Positions 1 through 11,362 of a stretch of 64,000 nt of DNA are shown here, one piece after another (the first letter of the stretch is position 1; the number at the start of each line of letters is the position of its first letter). The notes beneath the pieces were generated by a model. It was not told where the DNA came from. It was given only the letters and a program-made list of their open reading frames with translations, and did no database searches. The DNA is from an uncultured Candidatus Saccharibacteria bacterium (GTDB lineage: Bacteria > Patescibacteriota > WWE3 > UBA101185 > UBA10185), in NCBI GenBank assembly GCA_964643995.1, contig CAZXUJ010000001.1, positions 209,492 to 273,491 of the forward strand. Reading direction: 5' to 3'. A program made the translations under genes and the position numbers.

Positions 1-1025
1 TGCAAAATCTCATCATAGGCGGAGCAGGATTTATAGGGTCAAATGTAGCTAATAAACTTTTAGCCAACAAAGAAAAGGTCATAGTTCTTGATAATCTCTC
101 AAGAAAAGGTTCAGAAAAAAACCTTAAATGGCTACAGAAAAAATTCGATAATAAATTTAGATTTGTTCAAGCGGACATTACCAAAGACATTAAAACTCTA
201 GATGAACTTATGAAAGAGACCGCTAGAATTTATCATTTTGCGGGTCAAGTAGCTGTAACCTCATCAGTTGAAAACCCAAGATTTGACTTTGAAACTAATG
301 CGCTTGGCACATTTAATGTTCTAGAGGCAATGAGAAAACATGCCAAGAAATCGTGTGCTTTAGTCTATTCCTCTACTAACAAAGTCTATGGTGGTATGGA
401 AAACGTAAGAATTGAAGAAACTGAAAATGGATATATATATTCAGATTTTCCCAAAGGCGTAGGAGAAGAAATGCCTTTAGACTTCCATTCTCCTTATGGC
501 TGTAGCAAAGGAACAGGGGATCAATACGTACGGGACTACTCACGAATTTACGGACTTAATACTGTAGTCTTCAGGCAATCATGTATTTACGGACCAAGAC
601 AGTTTGGCGTTGAGGACCAGGGCTGGGTGGCCTGGTTTGTTATAGCACTTCTAAAAAACAAAAGAATAACAATTTATGGAAATGGTAAACAAGTAAGGGA
701 TATTTTATACATCGATGATCTAGTGAATGCGTATGAGTTAGCCTTCGCAAATATTGAAAAAACAAAAGGCGAAATATTTAACATCGGAGGGGGACCTAAA
801 AACGTGATATCAATATGGCATGACTTCAAGCCTATACTAGAAGGGCTGTTTAATAAGAAGATCGATGTTTCATACGCTGATTGGCGACCAGGAGATCAAA
901 AAATATTTGTTAGTGACATAGATAAAGCATACAAAACTTTCGGATGGAAACCTCAATATTCTCCGAAAGAGGGGATAAAAGAACTTCATAAGTGGGCATC
1001 AATGAATAGTGATCTTTTCAACTAA
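1..1025 (+). CDS. NAD-dependent epimerase/dehydratase, CDP-paratose 2-epimerase (RfbE/Tyv)-like; 5' end at window edge
   Basis: The frame of ORF 210..1025 is open to the window start, reading (M)QNLIIGGAGFIGS (GxxGxxG). Also YGCSK (YxxxK), [15 protein letters not shown] and GKQVRD. Confidence 0.85.
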   Translation, partial: QNLIIGGAGFIGSNVANKLLANKEKVIVLDNLSRKGSEKNLKWLQKKFDNKFRFVQADITKDIKTLDELMKETARIYHFAGQVAVTSSVENPRFDFETNALGTFNVLEAMRKHAKKSCALVYSSTNKVYGGMENVRIEETENGYIYSDFPKGVGEEMPLDFHSPYGCSKGTGDQYVRDYSRIYGLNTVVFRQSCIYGPRQFGVEDQGWVAWFVIALLKNKRITIYGNGKQVRDILYIDDLVNAYELAFANIEKTKGEIFNIGGGPKNVISIWHDFKPILEGLFNKKIDVSYADWRPGDQKIFVSDIDKAYKTFGWKPQYSPKEGIKELHKWASMNSDLFN

Positions 1026-1030
1026 CGGAC

Positions 1031-1666
1031 TTAGGCATGCTTAGTAACTATGGCAACGTTGTAGGCTAAAAACATTGTAGGCGAGAAATTTTCCATAAGC
1101 CATTCGTAAAATTTAAAAAAACCTAAATATTTTGTCGGATAAAAGTGTGATTCGAAATGCTTAAACTCTATAGTCTGACTAGTGTAAGCATTATTTACAA
1201 TTTCTGTGAAATAACTCTGTGTGAAATGTTCATGTCCCAATTTTTTTACCATGTGAGGATAAAACAACGGATTGAATCTATTTCCCTCAACAATAATAAT
1301 TTTGCCACCTGGTTTAACTACACGTAAAACTTCCTTCAAACCTGCTAGATGCTTTTCATAGGACTGTGTTTCCTCATCAATATGATGTAAAACGTCATGG
1401 AAGAATACATAATCGAATTTATTGTCCTCAAAAGGTATTTCATAAATTCCAGCAATTTGAAATTTCAATAAGGAAATTGTTTTAATGTTATCGTTCTCAT
1501 AGACATCAATGCCATAAGTATCGAGCTTATAATGGTTGATAAAAACCTTTGAATCTTCTCCATCACCGCAACCCAAATCCAATAAAGTCTTACCCGCTTT
1601 AAAATCAAAGTTAAGTTTATTAAAAATATCATCACGATATTGATGCCCGGTAGTAACCTGTGTCAT
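1031..1666 (-). CDS. Class I SAM-dependent methyltransferase
   Basis: LLDLGCGDG motif I, FDYVFFHDVLHH, RVVKPGG. Confidence 0.85.
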   Translation of the reverse strand: MTQVTTGHQYRDDIFNKLNFDFKAGKTLLDLGCGDGEDSKVFINHYKLDTYGIDVYENDNIKTISLLKFQIAGIYEIPFEDNKFDYVFFHDVLHHIDEETQSYEKHLAGLKEVLRVVKPGGKIIIVEGNRFNPLFYPHMVKKLGHEHFTQSYFTEIVNNAYTSQTIEFKHFESHFYPTKYLGFFKFYEWLMENFSPTMFLAYNVAIVTKHA

Positions 1667-1686
1667 TTGGTTAAGTATATTACGTT

Positions 1687-2862
1687 TTACTCTGTAGATA
1701 CACCCATTTCGTTAAACACCTTTTTGAAGATATTTTCCCAGGTCATGTTCTTGCTGTATTCGTAAACATTTTTCTCTATTTGTTTTCTCTCGTCGGGTCT
1801 AGACAACAAATCAGAAATCCCTTCAACAAAAGACTCAACATTGTATTTAACAACTCTTCCTAGATTATGTTTCTCAACGTCCTCGGATATTGGTATGACT
1901 GAGGTGGTTATAAGTGGTAAACCACATGACATGTAGTCTTTTGGTTTAGTTACATCAGAAAATCTTTTGTAAGTTGTTTCGTTATCCTCGTATGTAGCTA
2001 ACCCCAAAGTACTTTCTTTCAAAAGCTTCAGCCAACGCTCACGCTCATTAGTTGTATTGATAAATCCTACAAAGTTTACGTTTTTTTCAACTTTTAGATC
2101 AGCAACCATTTTTTTGAGCTCCGCTTCCAAAACACCAGCTCCAATTATTCTCAACTCAATATCTGGAAATTTTGCGATTAGGTGAGGCATCGATTCAATA
2201 AGAAGCTCTAGACCAAACTCGGGACTTAAACTGCCACTATAAACAATTACATTATCTTTTCTAGTGGTCTGAACTTTTTCAGCTTCGTCAATCGGTACAC
2301 CAATTGGAACAACAAGTTGAATTTTCTTTGTAGCAGATTCCCCTAACTCCAAAACTCTTTGACGTGACATACGATCTGAAACATTCCACGTGAAGTCACT
2401 TCCATAAAATGCTTTTCGATCCATCCATACATAAAACCTGTTCAGATACTTATTTTTGAAGCGACCATGCATGACGTAATCAATAGTCATAAAAACAACT
2501 TTGTCGACTTTACCTATCTTTTTTAGCAGAAGCCCAAAAAGTGCATTAAAGGAATCGATTCCAATGAAATAATCAAACTTACCCTTTGAGCTGAAAATAT
2601 AATAAAGGGTATAGAAAGCATCGCGCGCGTAAAGTAAAAACTCATTTGCAGGAAGTTTCGGCGATTGCTTTTTTTTCTTTAAATCACCATTTAGGTAATG
2701 TTCCATGTAAGAAACACTGTTTTTAGCGTAGGCAAAAATATGCCCGATATACAGAGTCTCGCTGACTTTGCTTTCGACTAGGAAGTCTTTTAGCTCTTGG
2801 CCGCTGCCTTTAAAGAACTCATGAGTAACAACAGTGATATGTAAACTTCGCAATCTTGTCAT
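1687..2862 (-). CDS. Glycosyltransferase family 4 (GT-B)
   Basis: C-terminal GT1/GT4 domain: IVYSGSL...LRIIGAG...KPKDYMSCGLPLI. Confidence 0.8.
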   Translation of the reverse strand: MTRLRSLHITVVTHEFFKGSGQELKDFLVESKVSETLYIGHIFAYAKNSVSYMEHYLNGDLKKKKQSPKLPANEFLLYARDAFYTLYYIFSSKGKFDYFIGIDSFNALFGLLLKKIGKVDKVVFMTIDYVMHGRFKNKYLNRFYVWMDRKAFYGSDFTWNVSDRMSRQRVLELGESATKKIQLVVPIGVPIDEAEKVQTTRKDNVIVYSGSLSPEFGLELLIESMPHLIAKFPDIELRIIGAGVLEAELKKMVADLKVEKNVNFVGFINTTNERERWLKLLKESTLGLATYEDNETTYKRFSDVTKPKDYMSCGLPLITTSVIPISEDVEKHNLGRVVKYNVESFVEGISDLLSRPDERKQIEKNVYEYSKNMTWENIFKKVFNEMGVSTE

Positions 2863-3920
2863 CAGTCTTTTTCAAAGTGTCCACTTGAGCAAATTTCAGC
2901 GATTATTGCATTAGCATCATATTGATATTTCCATTTAGGATAATGGTTCTGAAACTTACTTACATCAGAAACATACCAAATATGATCACCCTCCCTGTTT
3001 TTTTCATCATAAGTAATCTTGCCCTTCTTACCAAGAATCTTTTCTGTTTTATCAATTGCTTCCTGCATAGATACATTTGAGTGCCTCGAACCACCCATAT
3101 TGTAAACCTCAGCAACACGGGGAGCTTTGTAAAATTCATAAAAAGCAGAGATTAGATCGGCCGAGTGGATATTGTCACGAACTTGTTTACCTTTATAACC
3201 AAAGATGGTGTAAGGTTTCCCCTCAGCTATGCACTTTACTAAATATGCCAAAAAACCATGAAGTTGTGTTCCAGAATGCGAAGGCCCTGTTAAGCAACCA
3301 CCGCGAAAAATTGCAGTCTTAAGATTGAAGTACCTACCATACTCCTGTACTAACACATCTGCTGCAACTTTGGATGCACCAAATATGCTGTGTTTGGATT
3401 GATCAATTGACATACTCTCATCTATTCCATTTTTGTATTTATGATTTGGATCTATTTCAAAACGGGTTTCTAATTCTATCAAAGGTAGAAAATTCGGAGT
3501 ATCTCCATACACTTTGTTAGTGCTTGTGAAAATAAAAACAGCCTCGGGGCAATATTTGCGGAATGCTTCCAGAATGTTCAAAGTTCCATTCGCATTAACC
3601 GTAAAATCCGTTATAGGCTCTTTTGCTGCCCAGTCGTGAGATGGTTGCGCCGCGGAATGAATAATTAAATCAAAAATATTTTCTTTAAATATAGCGTCTA
3701 CATCACTTTGATTACGAATATCTATTGAATAATGTTTGTAGTTTTTATACTGTTCTTCTAACAACCGTCTGTTCCAGTCGGTACTAGCCTCATCACCAAA
3801 AAAGTATTTGCGCATATCGTTATCAAAACCGATAACATCAAAACCTAAAGAACAAAAAAACTTAACTGCTTCGGACCCGATCAATCCGGCTGAACCTGTT
3901 ACTAAAACTTTTTTTGTCAT
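2862..3920 (-). CDS. NAD-dependent epimerase, CDP-paratose 2-epimerase-like (second paralog)
   Basis: [36 protein letters not shown]. Confidence 0.85.
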   Translation of the reverse strand: MTKKVLVTGSAGLIGSEAVKFFCSLGFDVIGFDNDMRKYFFGDEASTDWNRRLLEEQYKNYKHYSIDIRNQSDVDAIFKENIFDLIIHSAAQPSHDWAAKEPITDFTVNANGTLNILEAFRKYCPEAVFIFTSTNKVYGDTPNFLPLIELETRFEIDPNHKYKNGIDESMSIDQSKHSIFGASKVAADVLVQEYGRYFNLKTAIFRGGCLTGPSHSGTQLHGFLAYLVKCIAEGKPYTIFGYKGKQVRDNIHSADLISAFYEFYKAPRVAEVYNMGGSRHSNVSMQEAIDKTEKILGKKGKITYDEKNREGDHIWYVSDVSKFQNHYPKWKYQYDANAIIAEICSSGHFEKD

Positions 3921-3928
3921 AATTTCCT

Positions 3929-4762
3929 TTACCTAACTTTTTTAAATTTTGAAATTGCAAATCCAAGCATCAATCCTACCACATCAATGCCCCTTATAAT
4001 TATGAAACACAATACAACTAGAGGGTGTACAAGAATTTCACGTGAGATTTTGCGGATGTAAACACGAACCATCCTAAAGAACTTATGTAGTAAGTCGCCA
4101 CTTTGTTGGGAAACATATGCTCCGGAAGCTTGCCCATACTGCAATTTCTTTTTGAATTCTTTTAGTGGGGTTGTTGATCCCGTATGGTGTAAAACAATCT
4201 TTTTAGATCGTGAAACTTTACCTAATTTTCTGAACTGCTCATGGATATACCAATCCTCGCCAGAGGATATTGTCTCGTTATACATTGTCTTTTCAAAAAC
4301 AGCTCGCCTAGACACACGCGCAGCCTCAGAACCAACTTCATCCAAAAAACTGCGCTCGAACGCTTTTGCTTGTGCCCATATATTTGTCGGGACATCCTTC
4401 TCAGGTACGATAACCGCAGCAACTTCGTTATCATCAAATATAGTCGCCAACTCTTGTAACAAACCCTTTTCAAGTTCCATATCAGCATCAATGTTATAGA
4501 TAATTGCCCCATTACTATTCTTAAACCCAATATTTCGTGATCGGGCAGGAGGTTGGTATATTGCTGTTTTCTTTACCGTAATTACTTTGGCATTAAACCT
4601 TTTGGCAATCTCACCTGTGTTATCGGTAGATTCTTGGTCAACGACAATAATTTCATAAAGGCCATAACCATTATTAACAATGGAGTTTAGACACCTTTCA
4701 ATATTTCTTCCTTCGTTGCGCGTAGGAATAATTACTGAGACAACTTTATTTGACATAATCAT
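3929..4762 (-). CDS. Glycosyltransferase family 2
   Basis: [21 protein letters not shown] and GED motifs. Confidence 0.85.
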   Translation of the reverse strand: MIMSNKVVSVIIPTRNEGRNIERCLNSIVNNGYGLYEIIVVDQESTDNTGEIAKRFNAKVITVKKTAIYQPPARSRNIGFKNSNGAIIYNIDADMELEKGLLQELATIFDDNEVAAVIVPEKDVPTNIWAQAKAFERSFLDEVGSEAARVSRRAVFEKTMYNETISSGEDWYIHEQFRKLGKVSRSKKIVLHHTGSTTPLKEFKKKLQYGQASGAYVSQQSGDLLHKFFRMVRVYIRKISREILVHPLVVLCFIIIRGIDVVGLMLGFAISKFKKVR

Positions 4763-5553
4763 TTACTTTTAACAGCTCTGGGCTGGAGCTCTTTGGCGAC
4801 GTGCCAGTTTTTACGATTTTCCGAGCTATAATACTTTAATACATGCATACGATAAAAAATTGCTACTGTATCAATTAGCATATTTTGTATAAACGGTTCC
4901 ATAAATAAAAACTTTTTAAATCTTGATCCACTAAAGTCAAAGCTTATTTCAACAGGGGCCTCATAGATTCTTTTATAACCTAGATAATGTGCTACAGCCA
5001 AAATCTCAATGTCAAAGGCATACTGCTTAACCACTAGTCTGGGAAGAACATCCTCAAGAACTTTTCTTCGATACACCTTGAGCCCTGCTTGAGTATCTTT
5101 AATTTTTAGGCCAAAGAGTGTCTTAATCAAAATAAAGTAACCCCAACTGTATATCTTGCGCAAAAAGGGATAAGCTACTTTCGAAGCAGGATGGCGCTTA
5201 CTACCCACAATTATGTCAGCTTGGTACCACTCCATATGTTCTAAGAGCAAAGAAATACCATTGGGGTTTATTTCCATTCCCGCATCTATGAAAGATATGA
5301 CGTCGCCCTTTGCACGCGCCATGCCATAACGTATTGCATAACCTTTCCCACTATTGTGCTCATATCCGTATACCCTGACATTTTTTTTGGCTATTTTTTT
5401 GGCGTTCTGATATGTTTTGTCTACAAATCCGTCTACAACCACGACGATTTCAAAATCCCAACGCGTACTGGACATAACCTCATAGATATTTTCGATATCC
5501 TTTTTGATAGTTTTTTCTTGTTTGTAAGCTGGAATTACTATTGAAACTAGCAT
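4759..5553 (-). CDS. Glycosyltransferase family 2 (polyprenol-phosphate glycosyltransferase-like)
   Basis: SIVIPAY, NSGKGYA, DTQAGLK, FDIEIL. Confidence 0.85.
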   Translation of the reverse strand: MLVSIVIPAYKQEKTIKKDIENIYEVMSSTRWDFEIVVVVDGFVDKTYQNAKKIAKKNVRVYGYEHNSGKGYAIRYGMARAKGDVISFIDAGMEINPNGISLLLEHMEWYQADIIVGSKRHPASKVAYPFLRKIYSWGYFILIKTLFGLKIKDTQAGLKVYRRKVLEDVLPRLVVKQYAFDIEILAVAHYLGYKRIYEAPVEISFDFSGSRFKKFLFMEPFIQNMLIDTVAIFYRMHVLKYYSSENRKNWHVAKELQPRAVKSK

Positions 5554-5559
5554 ACATAT

Positions 5560-6696
5560 TTATAATAGCACGCTCAAATTTTCATAAAACGTTCTCGCCT
5601 GAAGATCCCAGTCAAATTGACGAGAGTATTCCAAGGCAGTTCGACATAGGTCAGGATTATTTTTAACTCTAAGTATATTTGAGGCTACCTGATCGAGATT
5701 ATCATCATCCGCTAAATACCCACTAACAGCATCCTTTACTGAGTCAGTGCAACCCTTAACCTTGAAGGCTACTACCGGCGTCCCCATACGATTTGCCTCT
5801 ATGTTCACGAGTCCCCAGCCCTCAAGATAACTAGGATTATATAAAACGTGAGCTTTTCCTAGAAGTTCAAACTTTTCAGTACCATCTAGGAACCCCAAAA
5901 AATCTACTGAATCTGATATACCTAGATCCTCACATAACTGCTTTAGATATGTTATGTATGAATCTTCTCCACGACCAACAACTTGAAATCTAGCGGAAGG
6001 TATAGACTTTTTTACAAGCTGAAATGTCTTAAGACCCCGTTCGATACCTTTCATCTTCACAATCCTGTTTAAATACACTATCGTAAAATCTTTATTCTTT
6101 TCTGGAACAACATTTATCAAGGGTGCCGTAACTCCGTAGTACACGATAGTGATATGTTCTTTCTTAATACCAAGTTTGTTTACTAAGTCAGAAGCGGTGC
6201 TGGGAGAATTAGCAATGAATTTTATTCCTAGTATTTTATATATTAAGAACATCGTGTTTTCACAAATCCTACCTAAAAGCACAACTGGTAATGGATACAT
6301 TAGCTTCCAGATAGCACCTGCTACCTCATGTATGTATACAATCTTCTTCTCTTTGACATAAAATGGAGTCAAGTATGGTATGCCATGAACCTGATCTATA
6401 ACTACGTCAATATTTCCACGAAAAGACTTAAAATACTTCGTAACAACACCAATGTAAAACAAAGGGAACCTATAAAATAGTTGAAACACGTTGCGAGTCA
6501 AAGGTTTTCCTACATAATAGAATTTCACACCGTCGATTATTTCTTCGCTAGTTGAAACATCATATTTTGGAGAGATCCAACAAACTTCAGCATTGAACTC
6601 TTTTACCCAACGCTTGGCAAATTCAAAAGTGGCTCGCTCGGCCCCACCTTCAAGCGGATCTTTTATAGATCTCCAGTTTAGGATTAATATCCTCAT
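5560..6696 (-). CDS. Glycosyltransferase family 4
   Basis: GGAE at N-terminus; EGWGLVNIEA (ExxGxxxxEA). Confidence 0.85.
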   Translation of the reverse strand: MRILILNWRSIKDPLEGGAERATFEFAKRWVKEFNAEVCWISPKYDVSTSEEIIDGVKFYYVGKPLTRNVFQLFYRFPLFYIGVVTKYFKSFRGNIDVVIDQVHGIPYLTPFYVKEKKIVYIHEVAGAIWKLMYPLPVVLLGRICENTMFLIYKILGIKFIANSPSTASDLVNKLGIKKEHITIVYYGVTAPLINVVPEKNKDFTIVYLNRIVKMKGIERGLKTFQLVKKSIPSARFQVVGRGEDSYITYLKQLCEDLGISDSVDFLGFLDGTEKFELLGKAHVLYNPSYLEGWGLVNIEANRMGTPVVAFKVKGCTDSVKDAVSGYLADDDNLDQVASNILRVKNNPDLCRTALEYSRQFDWDLQARTFYENLSVLL

Positions 6697-8321
6697 GGCT
6701 CAACGACCCTCATGTAAACATTGTATACAGGCACACCACGCAGATAGATCGAGTCCACAAATTCAATATTGAACCTATCCTCTAAGGCAGAGTCATCCTC
6801 CCAAACTGGATAAACAAAATAATTTGCAACTTTGGCATGCGGAGTAAGATCTTTTATAATCGCCCACGCACCAATTTCACGAATAAAAGGGTGAATTTGC
6901 GTGTAGTATTTTTCAGGGAAACCTATCACTAACCTAGTACCCAAATCTTCATTTGCGAATAGTGTGTCAAAAGCCTCACCTTTCTTAAAGTTTTCTAGGC
7001 CCTGATTCTGCTTTAAGCTAGAAAAGTAAGCCACAATGGGGTCCTTTCCAATTAGCCACTTAGGTTCAATAACATTTATTCCATACTTCAGCCCACCAAT
7101 AAAAGGACTGTAATATGAAAAATAGTCAGGGTGTAAAACATGGGTTTGTAACAATGGAAACAAAAATATAAACACTAACAAGTACATCGGCTTAAAGCGG
7201 GTAACTAAAGAGTTGAATACCCATGTAACAAAAACAGACGAGACCAAAAGTGAAGCTACGATGGCGGGTAACAAATATCGATCAAGTTTTTTTGAAGGAA
7301 TAGACATCTCGAGAGCATAAAAAGCAACGAACAAAAATACATAAAGCAAAAAACGCTTGGAAATAAAGTATGCCTTTTTATAAACAAACAATGCACCCAA
7401 TAATCCAATGATCAGATACACCGATGAACGTGCAAGAAAAACAACAGGATAAAATGTTAGTCCAGGATCCTGCACTAATTTTCCAAAATAAAGCTGAATG
7501 TGGCCTTCTTCAATGCCTGTTTCGAATATTCCACTACCAAGGCTTGTTAACACCTCCGTAGGAATGACCCACATAGCTGGCCAAAGAAGTACATAAAACA
7601 ATAACGAGGCCAATAGCCATTTTGTAAACGGCCACATAGCCAACTTGAGTGATTTTATAAACAATTTAGAACCTAAGTAGATGTTTAAAAACAGAATCAG
7701 CGGAGTATAGAGTACTAGGAACAATGCTGATGTCTTGGTTAGAAATGCCAATGCCGCAAAAAAAGCAGAAATGTATAGTGTTTTATTTCTTGGTGCGCTT
7801 AGGTAATAGTATAGCCAAACAAATGAGGTTAACATAAAGGTAGACATTAAACCTTCCAAATGGATTACTCTCGTCAGCGCAATGTAAAATGGCTCCAAGG
7901 TAAGAAGTACTATAAAGACAAGAGCATACGTCTTGGAAAAGAGTTTACGCAAAACATAAAACACAGAGGTTAAGGTCAAGCCCAAACACAAAACAATTAC
8001 AAGCTTCTGAAAAAAATGCAAGGTAAAAATAACTGAAACATCGTTGTCAGGTGGGTTCATACCCAAAATTACTTTGTAGTAAAAAGAGTTTAATTTGACA
8101 CCAATCGAACCTAACCACATTAAGGTCACACCAGGATGATATCTTTGTAAAGTCTGGTCGAAGTTTAGTATGAATATTCCCTGCCCGAAATCGTATATGC
8201 GTGATTTCCACTTCCAAACATCAGTGTTAAAGATTTCATGACCTAACGAAGGAAGTCGACTTAAAACAAAAAAAGCAAACACACATATTTCGTAATAATA
8301 CTTTTTAAGGGTTGATTTCAT
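6693..8321 (-). CDS. Multi-TM GT-C fold glycosyltransferase (ArnT/PMT-like)
   Basis: Many TM helices, YHPGVTLMWL loop, LAFLTK, KKLDRY. Confidence 0.7.
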   Translation of the reverse strand: MKSTLKKYYYEICVFAFFVLSRLPSLGHEIFNTDVWKWKSRIYDFGQGIFILNFDQTLQRYHPGVTLMWLGSIGVKLNSFYYKVILGMNPPDNDVSVIFTLHFFQKLVIVLCLGLTLTSVFYVLRKLFSKTYALVFIVLLTLEPFYIALTRVIHLEGLMSTFMLTSFVWLYYYLSAPRNKTLYISAFFAALAFLTKTSALFLVLYTPLILFLNIYLGSKLFIKSLKLAMWPFTKWLLASLLFYVLLWPAMWVIPTEVLTSLGSGIFETGIEEGHIQLYFGKLVQDPGLTFYPVVFLARSSVYLIIGLLGALFVYKKAYFISKRFLLYVFLFVAFYALEMSIPSKKLDRYLLPAIVASLLVSSVFVTWVFNSLVTRFKPMYLLVFIFLFPLLQTHVLHPDYFSYYSPFIGGLKYGINVIEPKWLIGKDPIVAYFSSLKQNQGLENFKKGEAFDTLFANEDLGTRLVIGFPEKYYTQIHPFIREIGAWAIIKDLTPHAKVANYFVYPVWEDDSALEDRFNIEFVDSIYLRGVPVYNVYMRVVEP

Positions 8322-9843
8322 ATATAAAAATATTATCTCCTGTGCGGTTGTGAGCCGAAAACCAAGTTATGTAATAAATGTTACCTCGCTTGAGCAACCT
8401 ACGTTCGAAACTTTCGGCAGTAAAAAACTCAACCATTTCGTTATCACTTACGTTAAGGAACAGATAACCATGCTCTGATAGACTTTCTACCAAACCTATT
8501 TGTTTAGTATACTCATTATCCTTAAACTTCTCTAGCACAGGACCAAAACTATTTGAATTGTATATGAGAACATCTGAGGGTTTAATGTTTTTTTGCATCC
8601 AAGTGTAAAGCATGTTTCTAGTATCCTCCCGACTCAATACATAAACACTCTTTAAGCTCAGATACATAGGAGGGAAAAATAGCATAAAGACAAAAGCGAT
8701 TGTTCTTAGTCTTGAAGAGGTTAAAAATTTAATGTAGAAATTGGAAACAAAATAACCTACTGAAATGGCTAAATAGGGAAAAATCTGAATATAATAATGC
8801 GAACGGTTGCGTTCGAAACCTGATAGATAGAACGAGATTAGTAATGCAGGAAGAATATATATCCAAATAACATCAAATTTAAGCGGCTTAGTTTTGATGA
8901 TCGTATATAAAGCCATCAGTAATACAACCACATAAATAAGTAAAAAAGTGTAGCCAGTGTTCTCGGATAACTGAAAGAGATAGGTGTTAAAAAACTGGTA
9001 GAAGTGGGAAAAAACATCTACACTACCAACATTACTGAACTGCCAGAATGCTCCTGCAGGGCCATCTGTGCGAGAAAATGTTTTGAAATCAAATAGAGCG
9101 TAAGGCGTCCCTATCAAGAAACCAGCAATAGATACAATACCGGCAAGGACTAAATTTTTATATAGGCGCAGATTTTGTAACTTTGATTTTGAGTCATATA
9201 ACACTAACAAGTGAGCGAATATTATGCTCAGGGCAGATAGTGCACCATGGTACTTGGTGGATGCCGAAAAACCTACAAATAATCCAGCTAATAAATAGTA
9301 TTTTGTATCCTTATGTTTATAAATACATGCTGAAAAATAACACACCCAAGCAACAAAAAATGCACTTGGTACATCGATTAATGCAAGGTGAGAATGCCAA
9401 ACATGTAGAGGGATCAGGGCCATTGCCAGTGCTGCAAACAAACCGACATGAACACTGTAAAGCTTTTTACCAGTTAAATAAACCGGAAAGATAGTCAATG
9501 CGCCTAAGAACGCACTCAAAAAACGGGATATCAAATAAAATATTAATGGATCCCTCCAAAGCATGGGTAAATACTGTTGCAGTAATGGTTGTAAACCAAC
9601 TATCTGCAATACAGCACGTAATTTAATAAAGACAAAGTAAATTATAAAGTTGAAATAAAAGTATAAGTGTGGCCAATCAAAATGCTTAGGATTTAATTCA
9701 AAACGAATGCCCATCGCAGAGCGTATCACTGAAGGTTCATCCGGGTGAAAAATGAAGGGAACTGCATGTTGTATGCCGATTAGTCTAAGAGTTACTGCAA
9801 GCAAAAGAATAAAGAGTAGAATCCAATTAATTCTCTTTAACAT
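8305..9843 (-). CDS. Multi-TM GT-C fold glycosyltransferase (ArnT/PMT-like)
   Basis: HPDE acidic motif after TM1, PKHFDWPHL, ASTKY, many TM helices. Confidence 0.75.
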   Translation of the reverse strand: MLKRINWILLFILLLAVTLRLIGIQHAVPFIFHPDEPSVIRSAMGIRFELNPKHFDWPHLYFYFNFIIYFVFIKLRAVLQIVGLQPLLQQYLPMLWRDPLIFYLISRFLSAFLGALTIFPVYLTGKKLYSVHVGLFAALAMALIPLHVWHSHLALIDVPSAFFVAWVCYFSACIYKHKDTKYYLLAGLFVGFSASTKYHGALSALSIIFAHLLVLYDSKSKLQNLRLYKNLVLAGIVSIAGFLIGTPYALFDFKTFSRTDGPAGAFWQFSNVGSVDVFSHFYQFFNTYLFQLSENTGYTFLLIYVVVLLMALYTIIKTKPLKFDVIWIYILPALLISFYLSGFERNRSHYYIQIFPYLAISVGYFVSNFYIKFLTSSRLRTIAFVFMLFFPPMYLSLKSVYVLSREDTRNMLYTWMQKNIKPSDVLIYNSNSFGPVLEKFKDNEYTKQIGLVESLSEHGYLFLNVSDNEMVEFFTAESFERRLLKRGNIYYITWFSAHNRTGDNIFIYEINP

Positions 9844-11362
9844 ATATGCGCCAGTATTCTAGGCCCTCCATATAAACAATAGAGTCCAAAGTAAACTTAG
9901 TATCACTTTTTGGCACATTTTCAGGCAAAGTTTCATTTACACCCAAAATCAGCAAGTCATACTTTTTAGTGCCGCTCTCTCTGATATCGAACACACGAGA
10001 GTTCATATAAATAGTACGTATAGGTTTGGTGTCAATAAAGCCTAATGTCGGATAGTCTCCATATTTACTTAAAATGTGTTCTTTTAGAGACGGAATACCC
10101 ATACCAAAAGGTTTTTGACCAACGACTCTGTTTGCGGCTACAGGATCTTTGAATAAGGGGCTGGTGTATAGAAAATAGTACGGAAAATAGCTAAACAAAG
10201 GTACGGCTACTAGCACTGTCAAAAGCAAAGTTACCAAGGGTTTGCGCAAATAAGTGAAATATCCATATGTTGCAAGTAAAACAATAGGAGGAAAGACCGG
10301 TAATATGTATCTATCAAGTTTTTTTGAAGAGTAGGTCATGACCAACAGGTACCCAACATAGAAGATCATTAGAAAAACTGGAAGGTTTGGTGTGAAAAAC
10401 TCTTTAATTTTATGCCCCCGAAGTAGCCCGCGCAAACCTAAGACTGAGCCCAATGCTAGAACTGGTGAAAGTTTGAGTAGCAAGATAATAAAATAAAACA
10501 AGGGTCCGGGATTTTCAGAAACTTTTCCAAAGAAAATTTGACTATGTCCATCACGCAAACCTATTCTACTTGCTTCACTAAAGATTTCAGTCAGAATATA
10601 CACTGGAGAAGTCCACAATGCCGGAAACACTAAAAACAAGCCAAGGAGCATTGATATGAGTAAGATTACCAAATTTTTGTAGGAACCTCTGCGAACATAA
10701 ATAACATAACACAGATAAAATATCGAATATAGTATTGCGCCAACAGCTATACTTTTGGTCAAAAAACTTAAAGCAAGAAGGAGCCCAGCCAAGACAAAAT
10801 AAATCCTATTCATCGTTTCCCCTGCAACATATGTTGCAAGTAAACCACAAAACATAAGTAGGGACAGTAGTATATCAAGGTGTAATATACGTGAATTTCC
10901 TAAAAAAAAGGGTTCAAGGGACAAAAGTGAGATTGCCGCTAAAGAGTACAAGAGTGGGTGATCTAGTCCCTTAAGTTTTAAAATAGTGTTAAGAAGGTAA
11001 ACAATAAGCAAGCTGAGTATATAATGTGCAAATATCAGGACCACCTTTGAAACTGTATGAAAGAGTAAAAAATTTTCGTGATTGTATGTTTCATGCCCCG
11101 GAACCAACTGCTTTACAAACTCCACTGAAACTCCAGTAAGCCACATAAGGGTAACACCTGGGTGGTAGTGTTGATAGGTTTTTTCGAGCTGACCAGTTTT
11201 CAAGCCAACAATGAACTGTTCGCTCCTATAGTGCCAATTTACAGCATCGGGATTAATCTCATCGGTACCAAGCAGGGGTAATCTAACAAGAAAAAATGCT
11301 ATGGTGAAGAGAAATATGACAATTAGTGTGGATTTATTAAGAGCTATCTTTTTCAAAAACAT
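9827..11362 (-). CDS. Multi-TM GT-C fold glycosyltransferase, paralog of 6693..8321
   Basis: NPDAVNW, YHPGVTLMWL, SFLTK, SKKLDRY. Start placed at ATG 11362 (ORF track: 11377). Confidence 0.7.
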   Translation of the reverse strand: MFLKKIALNKSTLIVIFLFTIAFFLVRLPLLGTDEINPDAVNWHYRSEQFIVGLKTGQLEKTYQHYHPGVTLMWLTGVSVEFVKQLVPGHETYNHENFLLFHTVSKVVLIFAHYILSLLIVYLLNTILKLKGLDHPLLYSLAAISLLSLEPFFLGNSRILHLDILLSLLMFCGLLATYVAGETMNRIYFVLAGLLLALSFLTKSIAVGAILYSIFYLCYVIYVRRGSYKNLVILLISMLLGLFLVFPALWTSPVYILTEIFSEASRIGLRDGHSQIFFGKVSENPGPLFYFIILLLKLSPVLALGSVLGLRGLLRGHKIKEFFTPNLPVFLMIFYVGYLLVMTYSSKKLDRYILPVFPPIVLLATYGYFTYLRKPLVTLLLTVLVAVPLFSYFPYYFLYTSPLFKDPVAANRVVGQKPFGMGIPSLKEHILSKYGDYPTLGFIDTKPIRTIYMNSRVFDIRESGTKKYDLLILGVNETLPENVPKSDTKFTLDSIVYMEGLEYWRIYVKEN

